From the human T2T-CHM13v2.0 reference genome, Homo sapiens, in NCBI RefSeq assembly GCF_009914755.1, contig NC_060933.1: a DNA stretch of 64,000 bases. One strand, written 5' to 3'. The translations under genes and the position numbers were made by a program. The notes beneath the pieces are model-generated. The model saw nothing but the letters and a program-made list of their open reading frames with translations, searched no databases and had not been told where the DNA came from. This document shows, in pieces, positions 13,700-25,960 of this stretch. The stretch's first letter is position 1. Every line of letters begins with the position of its first letter.

Positions 13700-16600
13700 T
13701 GCAATGGAATGGATTCAACTTGAATGGAATGGAAAGAATGGAATCAACACGAGTGGAATGGCATGGATTGGAATGGAATGGAATGGAATCAACCCGAGTA
13801 CAGGGGAATGGAATGGAATGGAATGCAATGGAATGGAATCATCCGTAATGGAATGGAAAGGAATGGAATGGAATGGAATGGAATGGAATGCAATGGAATG
13901 GAATGGAATCAACTCGATTGCAATCGAATGGAATGGAATGGAATTAACCCGAATAAAATGGAATGGAATGGAATGGAACGGAACGGAATGGAATGGAATG
14001 GAATGGAATGGAACGGAAAGGAAGGGAATGGAATGGAATAGAAGGGAATGGAATGGAATCAACGCTAGTGCAGGGGAATGGAATGGAATGGAATGCAATG
14101 GAATGGAATCTTCCGGAATGGAATGGAATGGAATGGAATGGAATGGAATAAACCCGAGTGCAATGGAATGGAGTGGAATGGAATGGAATGGAATGGAACA
14201 ACCCGAATGGAATGGAATGTAATGGAGAGTAAGGGAGTTGAATAGAATCAATCCGAATGCAATGGAATGGAATGGAACGGAATGGAATTGAATGGAATGG
14301 AATGGAATGCAATGGAATGGAATCAACCCGAGTGCAATGGAATGGAGAGGAATGGAATGGAATTGAGTGGAAACTACCCGAATGGAATGGAATGTAATGG
14401 AGTGTAAGGGAATTGAATAGAATCAATCCGAATGTAATGGAATGGAATGGAGCGGAATGGAATGGAATGGAACGAAATGGAATGGAATGAAATGCAATGG
14501 AATGGAATCAACCCGAGTGCAATCGAATGGAATCGAATGGAATGGAATGCAATGGAATGGATTCAACTTGAATGGAATGGAAAGAATGGAATCAACACGA
14601 GTGGAATGGCATGGATTGGAATGGAATGGAATGGAATCAACCCGAGTACAGGGGAATGGAATGGAATGGAATGCAATGGAATGGAATCATCCGTAATGGA
14701 ATGGAAAGGAATGGAATGGAATGGAATGGAATGGAATGGAATGGAATGGAATGGAATCAACTCGATTACAATCGAATGGAATGGAATGGAATTAATCCGA
14801 ATACAATGGAATGGAATGGAATGGAACGGAACGGAATGGAATGGAATGGAATGGAATGGAACGGAACGGAATGGAATGGAATGGAATGGAATGGAATGGA
14901 ATGGAATCAACGCGAGTGAAGGGGAATGGAATGGAATGGAATGCAATGGAATGGAATCTTCCGGAATGGAATGGAATGGAATGGAATGGAATGAAATGCA
15001 ATGGATTCAACTCGATTGCAATGGAATGGAATAGAATGGAATGGAATGGAATGGAATGGAATTAATCCGAATAGAAAGGAATGGAATGGAATGGAACGGA
15101 ATGGAACGGAATGGAATGGAATGGAAAGGAATGGTATGGAATGGAATGGAATTTTATGGAATAGAATGGAATGGAACGAATTGTAATGGAATGGAATTGA
15201 ATGGAATGGAATGGAATGGAATGGAATCAACGCGAGTGCATGGGAATGTAATGGAACGGAATGCAATGGAATGGAATCATCCGGAATAGAATGGAATGGA
15301 ATGGAATCAACACGAGTGCAATGGAATGGAGTGGAATGTAATGGAATGGAATGGAACAACCCGAATGGAATGGAATGTAATGGAAAGTAAGGGAGTTGAA
15401 TAGAATCAATCCGAATGTAATGGAATGGAATGCAACGGAATGGAATGGAATGAAATGGAATGGAATGCCATGGAAAGGAATCAACCCGAGTACAATGGAA
15501 TGGAATGGAATGGAATGGAATGGAATGGAATGGAAAGATACGGAATAGATTGGAATGCAACGAAATGGAATGGAATGGAATGGAATGGAATGGAATGGAA
15601 TGGAATGGAATGGAATCGTTCCGAGTGGAATAGGAGGGAATGTATTCGAGTGGAATGGAAAGGAATGGAATCAACCAGAGTGCAATGGAAGGGAATGGAA
15701 TGGAATGCAAACTAATAGAATGGAATCAACCCGAGTGGAATGGAATGGAAAGGACTGGAATGGAATGGAATGTAATGGAATCAACTCGATTGTAATGGAA
15801 TGGAATGGAATGGAATGGAATGGAATGGAATGGAATGGAATTAACCCGAATACAATGGAATGGAATGGAATGGAACGGAATGGAGTGGAATGGAATGGAA
15901 TCAACCCGAGTGCAGGGGAATGGAATGGAATTGAATGCATTGGAATGGAATCATCCGGAATGGAATGGAATGGAATGGAATGCAAAGCAATGGAATCAAC
16001 TCGATTGCAATGGAATGGAATGGAATGGAAAGGAATACATTGGAATCAACCCGAGTGGAATGGAATGGAAAGGACTGGAATGGAGTGGAATGGAATGGAA
16101 TGGAATGGAATCAACTCGATTGGAATGGAATGGAATGGAATGGAATTAAACCGAATAGAATGGAATGGAATGGAATGGAATGGAACGGAACGGAATGGAA
16201 TGGAATGGAATGGAATAGAATGGAATCAACCCGACTGCAGGGGAATGGAATGGAATAGAATGGAATGGAATGGAATGGAATCATCCGGAACGGAATGGAA
16301 TGGAATGGAATGGAATCAACTCGATTGCAATGGAATGGAATGGAATGGAATGGAATCGAATGGAATGGAATGGAATTAACCGGAATAGAATGGAATGGAA
16401 TGGAATGGAACGGAATGGAATGGAATGGAATGCAATGGAATGGAATCAACCCGAGTGCAGGGGAATGGAATGGAATGGAATGCAATGGAATGGAATCATC
16501 CGTAATGGAATGGAAAGGAATGGAATGGAATGGAATGGAATGGAATGGAATGGAATCAACGCGAGTGCAGGGGAATGGAATGGAATGGAATGGAATGCAA

Positions 16601-19600
16601 TGGAATGGAATGTTCCGGAATGGAATGGAATGGAATGGAATGGAATGGAATGGAATGGAATGGAATCAACCCGAGTGCAATGGAATGGAGTGGAATGGAA
16701 TGGAATGGAATGGAACAACCCGAATGGAATGGAATGTAATGGAGAGTAAGGGAGTTGAATAGAATCAATCCGAATGTAATGGAATGGAATGGAACGGAAT
16801 GGAATTGAATGGAATGGAATGGAATGCAATGGAATGGAATCAACCCGAGTGCAATGGAATGGAGAGGAATGGAATGGAATGGAATGGAAACTACCCGAAT
16901 GGAATGGAATGTAATGGAGTGTAAGGGAATTGAATAGAATCAATCGGAATGTAATGGACTGGAATGGAACGGAATGTAATGTAATGGAATGGAATGGAAT
17001 GGAATGCAATGGAATGGAATCAACCCGAGTGCAGTCGAATGGAATCGAATGGAATGGAATGCAATGGAATGGATTCAACTTGAATGGAATGGAAAGAATG
17101 GCATCAACACGAGTGGAATGGCATGGATTGGAATGGAATGGAATGGAATCAACCCGAGTACAGGGGAATGGAATGGAATGGAATGCAATGGAATGGAATC
17201 ATCCGTAATGGAATGGAAAGGAATGGAATGGAATGGAAAGGAATGGAATGGAATGGTATGGAATGGAATGGAATGGTACGGAATAGAATGGAATGGAACG
17301 AATTGTAATAGAATGGAATTGAATGGAATGGAATGGAATCAACGTGAGTGCAGGGGAATGTAATGGAACGGAATGCAATGGAATGGAATCATCCGGAATG
17401 GAATGGAATGGAATGGAATGGAATGGAATGGAATAAACCCGAGTGCAATGGAATGGAGTGGAATGGAAACAACCAGAATGGATTGGAATCTAATGGAGTG
17501 TAAGGTAATTGAATAGAATCAATCTGAATGTAATGAAATGGAATGGAACCGAATGGAATGGAATGGAATGGAATGGAATGGAATGCAATGGAATGGAATC
17601 AACCCTAGTACAATGGAATGGAATGGAATGGAATGGAATGGCATGGAATGGAATGCAATGGAATGGAATCTTCCGGAATGGAATGGAATGGAATGGAATG
17701 GAATGGAATGCAATGGATTCAACTCGATTGCAATGGAATGGGATAGAATGGAATGGAATGGAAAGGAATGGAATTAAACCGAATAGAATGGAATGGAATG
17801 GAATGGAACGGAACGGAACGGAACGGAACGGAGTGGAATGGAATGGAATGGAATTGTATGGAATGGAATGGAATGGTACGGAATAGAATGGAATGGAAAG
17901 AATTGGAATAGAATGGAATCGAATCGAATGGAATGGAATGGAATGGAATCAACACGAGTGCAGGGGAATGTAATGGAACGGAATGCAATGGAATGGAATC
18001 ATCCGAAATGGAATGGAATGGAATGGAATGGAATGGAATGGAATGGAATCAACCCGAGTGCAATGGAATGGAGTGAAATGGAATGGAATGGAATGGAACA
18101 ACCCGAATGGAATGGAATGTAATGGAGAGTAAGGGAGTTGAATAGAATCAATCCGAATGTAATGGAATGGAACGGAATGGAATTGAATGGAATGGAATGG
18201 AATGCAATGGAATGGAATCAACCCGAGTGCAATGGAATGGAGAGGAATGGAATGGAATGGAATGGAAACTACCCGAATGGAATGGAATGTAATGGAGTGT
18301 AAGGGAATTGAATAGAATCAATCCGAATGTAATATAATGGAATGGAATGGAATGCAATGGAATGGAATGGAATGGAATGGAATGGAATTAACCCGAGTGC
18401 AATCGAATGGAATCGAATGGAATGGAATGCAATGGAATGGATTCAACTTGAATGGAATGGAAAGAATGGAATCAACACGAGTGGAATGGCATGGATTGGA
18501 ATGGAATGGAATGGAATCAACCCGAGTACAGGGGAATGGAATGGAATGGAATGCAATGGAATGGAATCATCCGTAATGGAATGGAAAGGAATGGAATGGA
18601 ATGGAATGGAATGGAATGGAATGGAATGGAATGGAATCAACTCGATTGCAATCGAATGGAATGGAATGGAATTAACCCGAATAGAATGGAATGGAATGGA
18701 ATGGAACGGAACGGAATGGAATGGAATGGAATGGAATGGAACGGAAAGGAAGGGAATGGAATGGAATAGAAGGGAATGGAATGGAATCAACGCTAGTGCA
18801 GGGGAATGGAATGGAATGGAATGCAATGGAATGGAATCTTCCGGAATGGAATGGAATGGAATGGAATGGAATGGAATAAACCCGAGTGCAATGGAATGGA
18901 GTGGAATGGAATGGAATGGAATGGAACAACCCGAATGGAATGGAATGTAATGGAGAGTAAGGGAGTTGAATAGAATCAATCCGAATGCAATGGAATGGAA
19001 TGGAACGGAATGGAATTGAATGGAATGGAATGGAATGCAATGGAATGGAATCAACCCGAGTGCAATGGAATGGAGAGGAATGGAATGGAATTGAGTGGAA
19101 ACTACCCGAATGGAATGGAATGTAATGGAGTGTAAGGGAATTGAATAGAATCAATCCGAATGTAATGGAATGGAATGGAGCGGAATGGAATGGAATGGAA
19201 CGAAATGGAATGGAATGAAATGCAATGGAATGGAATCAACCCGAGTGCAATCGAATGGAATCGAATGGAATGGAATGCAATGGAATGGATTCAACTTGAA
19301 TGGAATGGAAAGAATGGAATCAACACGAGTGGAATGGCATGGATTGGAATGGAATGGAATGGAATCAACCCGAGTACAGGGGAATGGAATGGAATGGAAT
19401 GCAATGGAATGGAATCATCCGTAATGGAATGGAAAGGAATGGAATGGAATGGAATGGAATGGAATGGAATGGAATGGAATGGAATGGAATCAACTCGATT
19501 ACAATCGAATGGAATGGAATGGAATTAATCCGAATACAATGGAATGGAATGGAATGGAACGGAACGGAATGGAATGGAATGGAATGGAATGGAACGGAAC

Positions 19601-22600
19601 GGAATGGAATGGAATGGAATGGAATGGAATGGAATGGAATCAACGCGAGTGAAGGGGAATGGAATGGAATGGAATGCAATGGAAAGGAATCTTCCGGAAT
19701 GGAATGGAATGGAATGGAATGGAATGAAATGCAATGGATTCAACTCGATTGCAATGGAATGGAATAGAATGGAATGGAATGGAATGGAATGGAATTAATC
19801 CGAATAGAAAGGAATGGAATGGAATGGAACGGAATGGAACGGAATGGAATGGAATGGAAACGAATGGTATGGAATGGAATGGAATTTTATGGAATAGAAT
19901 GGAATGGAACGAATTGTAATGGAATGGAATTGAATGGAATGGAATGGAATGGAATGGAATCAACGCGAGTGCATGGGAATGTAATGGAACGGAATGCAAT
20001 GGAATGGAATCATCCGGAATAGAATGGAATGGAATGGAATCAACACGAGTGCAATGGAATGGAGTGGAATGTAATGGAATGGAATGGAACAACCCGAATG
20101 GAATGGAATGTAATGGAGAGTAAGGGAGTTGAATAGAATCAATCCGAATGTAATGGAATGGAATGCAACGGAATGGAATGGAATGAAATGGAATGGAATG
20201 CCATGGAAAGGAATCAACCCGAGTACAATGGAATGGAATGGAATGGAATGGAATGGAATGGAATGGAAAGATACGGAATAGATTGGAATGCAACGAAATG
20301 GAATGGAATGGAATGGAATGGAATGGAATGGAATGGAATGGAATGGAATCGTTCCGAGTGGAATAGGAGGGAATGTATTCGAGTGGAATGGAAAGGAATG
20401 GAATCAACCAGAGTGCAATGGAAGGGAATGGAATGGAATGCAAACTAATAGAATGGAATCAACCCGAGTGGAATGGAATGGAAAGGACTGGAATGGAATG
20501 GAATGTAATGGAATCAACTCGATTGTAATGGAATGGAATGGAATGGAATGGAATGGAATGGAATGGAATGGAATTAACCCGAATACAATGGAATGGAATG
20601 GAATGGAACGGAATGGAGTGGAATGGAATGGAATCAACCCGAGTGCAGGGGAATGGAATGGAATTGAATGCATTGGAATGGAATCATCCGGAATGGAATG
20701 GAATGGAATGGAATGCAAAGCAATGGAATCAACTCGATTGCAATGGAATGGAATGGAATGGAAAGGAATACATTGGAATCAACCCGAGTGGAATGGAATG
20801 GAAAGGACTGGAATGGAGTGGAATGGAATGGAATGGAATGGAATCAACTCGATTGGAATGGAATGGAATGGAATGGAATTAAACCGAATAGAATGGAATG
20901 GAATGGAATGGAATGGAACGGAACGGAATGGAATGGAATGGAATGGAATGGAATGGAATCAACCCGACTGCAGGGGAATGGAATGGAATAGAATGGAATG
21001 GAATGGAATGGAATCATCCGGAACGGAATGGAATGGAATGGAATGGAATCAACTCGATTGCAATGGAATGGAATGGAATGGAATGGAATCGAATGGAATG
21101 GAATGGAATTAACCGGAATAGAATGGAATGGAATGGAATGGAACGGAATGGAATGGAATGGAATGCAATGGAATGGAATCAACCCGAGTGCAGGGGAATG
21201 GAATGGAATGGAATGCAATGGAATGGAATCATCCGTAATGGAATGGAAAGGAATGGAATGGAATGGAATGGAATGGAATGGAATGGAATCAACGCGAGTG
21301 CAGGGGAATGGAATGGAATGGAATGGAATGCAATGGAATGGAATGTTCCGGAATGGAATGGAATGGAATGGAATGGAATGGAATGGAATGGAATGGAATC
21401 AACCCGAGTGCAATGGAATGGAGTGGAATGGAATGGAATGGAATGGAACAACCCGAATGGAATGGAATGTAATGGAGAGTAAGGGAGTTGAATAGAATCA
21501 ATCCGAATGTAATGGAATGGAATGGAACGGAATGGAATTGAATGGAATGGAATGGAATGCAATGGAATGGAATCAACCCGAGTGCAATGGAATGGAGAGG
21601 AATGGAATGGAATGGAATGGAAACTACCCGAATGGAATGGAATGTAATGGAGTGTAAGGGAATTGAATAGAATCAATCGGAATGTAATGGACTGGAATGG
21701 AACGGAATGTAATGGAATGGAATGGAATGGAATGGAATGCAATGGAATGGAATCAACCCGAGTGCAGTCGAATGGAATCGAATGGAATGGAATGCAATGG
21801 AATGGATTCAACTTGAATGGAATGGAAAGAATGGCATCAACACGAGTGGAATGGCATGGATTGGAATGGAATGGAATGGAATCAACCCGAGTACAGGGGA
21901 ATGGAATGGAATGGAATGCAATGGAATGGAATCATCCGTAATGGAATGGAAAGGAATGGAATGGAATGGAAAGGAATGGAATGGAATGGTATGGAATGGA
22001 ATGGAATGGTACGGAATAGAATGGAATGGAACGAATTGTAATAGAATGGAATTGAATGGAATGGAATGGAATCAACGTGAGTGCAGGGGAATGTAATGGA
22101 ACGGAATGCAATGGAATGGAATCATCCGGAATGGAATGGAATGGAATGGAATGGAATGGAATAAACCCGAGTGCAATGGAATGGAGTGGAATGGAAACAA
22201 CCAGAATGGATTGGAATCTAATGGAGTGTAAGGTAATTGAATAGAATCAATCTGAATGTAATGAAATGGAATGGAACCGAATGGAATGGAATGGAATGGA
22301 ATGGAATGGAATGCAATGGAATGGAATCAACCCTAGTACAATGGAATGGAATGGAATGGAATGGAATGGCATGGAATGGAATGCAATGGAATGGAATCTT
22401 CCGGAATGGAATGGAATGGAATGGAATGGAATGGAATGCAATGGATTCAACTCGATTGCAATGGAATGGGATAGAATGGAATGGAATGGAAAGGAATGGA
22501 ATTAAACCGAATAGAATGGAATGGAATGGAATGGAACGGAACGGAACGGAACGGAACGGAGTGGAATGGAATGGAATGGAATTGTATGGAATGGAATGGA

Positions 22601-23200
22601 ATGGTACGGAATAGAATGGAATGGAAAGAATTGGAATAGAATGGAATCGAATCGAATGGAATGGAATGGAATGGAATCAACACGAGTGCAGGGGAATGTA
22701 ATGGAACGGAATGCAATGGAATGGAATCATCCGAAATGGAATGGAATGGAATGGAATGGAATGGAATGGAATGGAATCAACCCGAGTGCAATGGAATGGA
22801 GTGAAATGGAATGGAATGGAATGGAACAACCCGAATGGAATGGAATGTAATGGAGAGTAAGGGAGTTGAATAGAATCAATCCGAATGTAATGGAATGGAA
22901 CGGAATGGAATTGAATGGAATGGAATGGAATGCAATGGAATGGAATCAACCCGAGTGCAATGGAATGGAGAGGAATGGAATGGAATGGAATGGAAACTAC
23001 CCGAATGGAATGGAATGTAATGGAGTGTAAGGGAATTGAATAGAATCAATCCGAATGTAATATAATGGAATGGAATGGAATGCAATGGAATGGAATGGAA
23101 TGGAATGGAATGGAATTAACCCGAGTGCAATCGAATGGAATCGAATGGAATGGAATGCAATGGAATGGATTCAACTTGAATGGAATGGAAAGAATGGAAT
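13700..23200 (+). repeat. Near-identical tandem duplication, 2 x ~4.73 kb
   Basis: Private variants recur at 4728/4733 bp offset: CAACGCTAGTG (14060/18788), GGAATTTTATGG (15148/19881), GGAAAGATACGG (15532/20265), GGAATGTTCCGG (16607/21340), TAAGGTAATT (17501/22229). Many computed ORFs are identical or near-identical at this offset (e.g. 13715/18443, 17509/22237). Confidence 0.96.
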
Positions 23201-24099
23201 CAACACTAGTGGAATGGCATGGATTGCAATGGAATGGAATGGAATCAACCCGAGTACAGAGGAATGGAATGGAATGGAATACAATGGAATGGAATCATCC
23301 GTAATGGAATAGAAAGGAATGGAATGGAATGGAATGGAATGGAATCAACACAATTGCAATCGAATGGAATGGAATGGAATTAACCGGAATAGAATGGAAT
23401 GGAATGGAATGGAACGGAACGGAACGGAACGGAATGGAATGGAATGGAATGGAATGGAATGGAATGGAAAGGAACGGAAAGGAATGGAATGGAATGGAAT
23501 GGAATGGAATGGAATGGAATGGAATGGAATCAATGCGAGTGGAGAGAAATGGAATGGAATGGAATGCAATGGAATGGAATCTTCCGGAATGGAATGGAAT
23601 GGAATGGAATGGAATGAAATGCAATGGATTCAACTCGATAGCAATGGAATGGAATAGAATGGAATGGAATGGAATGGAATGGAATTAACCCGAATAGAAT
23701 GGAATGGAATGGAAAGGAACGGAATGCAATGGAATGGAATGGAATGGAATGGTATGGAATGGAATGGAATGGTACGGAATAGAATGGAATGGAACGAATT
23801 GTAATGGAATGGAATTGAATGGAATGGAATGGAATGGAATGGAATCAACGCGAGTGCAGGGGAATGTAATGGAACGGAATGCAATGGAATGGAATCATCC
23901 GGAATGGAATGGAATGGAATGGAATGGAATGGAATAAACCCGAGTGCAATGGAATGGAGTGGAATGGAATGGAATGGAATGGAACAACCCGAATGGAATG
24001 GAATGTAATGGAGAGTAAGGGAGTTGAATAGAATCAATCAGAATGTAATGGAATGGAATGCAACGGAATGGAATGGAATGGAATGGAATGGAATGGAAT

Positions 24100-25960
24100 G
24101 GAATCAACCCGAGTGGAATGGCATGGAATGGAATGCAATGGAATGGAATAGAATGGAATCAACTCGAGTGGAAAGGAATGGAATGGAATGGTAAGGAATG
24201 GAATGAAATCAACTCGAGTGGAATGGAATGGAATGGAATGGATTGGAATGGATTGCAATGGAATGAAATGGAATGGAATGGAATGGAATCAATCATTCCG
24301 AGTGGAATGGAAGGGAATGTAATTGAGTGGAAACAAGGGAATGGAATCAACCCGATTGGAATGCAAGGCAATGGAATGGAATGGAAAGGAATGGAATGGA
24401 ATCAACTCGATTGCAATGGAATGGAATGGAATGGAATGGAATGGAATGGAATGGAATAGAATTAACCGGAATAGAATGGAATGCAATGGAATGGAACGGA
24501 ATGGAATGGAATGGAAGGGAATGGAATCAACACGAGTGCAGGGGAATGGAATGGAATGGAATGCAATGGAATGGAATCATCCGGAATGGAATGGAATGGA
24601 ATGCAATCAACTCCATTGCAATGGAATGGAATGGAATGGAATGGGATAGAATGGAATGGAATTAACCCGAATAGAATAGAATGCAATAGAATGGAATGGA
24701 ACGGAACCCAATGGAGTGGAATGGAATGGAATGGAATCAACCTGAGTGCAGGGGAATGGAATGGAATGGAATGCAATGGAATGGAATCATCCGGAATGGA
24801 ATGGAATGGAATGGAATGGAATCAAACCGAGTGCAATGGAATGGAGTGAAATGGAATGGAATGGAATGGAAACAACCAGAATGGATTGGAATATAATGGA
24901 GTGTAAGGGAATTGCATAGAATCAATCTGAATGTAATGAAATGGAATGGAACGGAATTGAATGGAATGGAATGGAATCGAATGGAATGGAATGGAATGGA
25001 ATCAACCGGAGTTCAATGGAATGGATTCGAATGGAATGGAATGGAGTGGAATGGATTCAACCCGAATGGAGTGGAAAGGAATGGAATCAACCCGAGTGGA
25101 ATGGCATGGAATGGAATGGAATGGAATGGAATGGAATGGAATGGAATGGTTCAGAATAGAATGGATTGGAACAAAATGGAATGGAATGGAATGGAATGGA
25201 ATGGAATGGAATGGAATAGAATGGAATGGAATCAAGTCGATTGCAATGGAATGGAATGGAATGGAATGGAACGGATTGGAATGGAATGGAATGGAATGGA
25301 ATGGAATGGAATTAAATGGAATGGAATGGAATGGAATCAACCCGATTTCAGGGGAATGGAATGGAATGGAATGCAATGGAATGGAATGGAATGGAATGGA
25401 ATCAACCCGAGTGGAATGGCATGGAATGGAATGCAATGGAATGGAATGGAATGGAATCAACTCGAGTGGAAAGGAATGGAATGGAATGGAAAGGAATGGA
25501 ATGAAATCAACTCGAGTGGAATGGAATGGAGTGGAATGGATTGGAATGGATTGCAATGGAATGAAATGGAATGGAATGGAATGGAATGGAATGGAATGGA
25601 ATGGAATCAACCCGAGTGGAATGGCATGGAATGGAATGCAATGGAATGGAATGGAATGGAATGGAATCAACTCGAGTGGAAAGGAATGGAATAGAATGGA
25701 AAGGAATGGAATGAAATCAACTCGAGTGGAATGGAATGGAATGGAATGGATTGGAATGGATTGCAATGGAATGAAATGGAATGGAATGGAATGGAATCAA
25801 TCATTCCGAGTGGAATGGAAGGGAATATAATGGAGTGGAAAGAAGGGAATGGAATCAACCCGAGTGGAATGCAAGGCAATGGAATGGAATGGAAAGGAAT
25901 GGAAACGAATCAACTCGATTGCAATGGAATGGAATTCCATGGAATTTAATGGAATGGAAT
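24100..25960 (+). repeat. Divergent HSat3 sub-block with its own vocabulary (CAACTCGAGT, CAATCATTCCGAG, GCAAGGCAAT) and an internal 210-bp tandem duplication
   Basis: CTCGAG at 24163, 24213, 25461, 25511, 25671 and 25721; the only other copy I saw is at 27361. CAATCATTCCGAGTGGAATGGAAGGG occurs at ~24290 and ~25798, and GCAAGGCAATGG at ~24363 and ~25871. 25400-25610 repeats at 25610-25800. Confidence 0.8.

Noticed and set aside
24100-25960. The divergent island as a mobile element with terminal direct repeats
   Set aside because: It is still entirely GGAAT-derived, with no coding capacity, poly(A) tail, terminal inverted repeats or identifiable target-site duplication.
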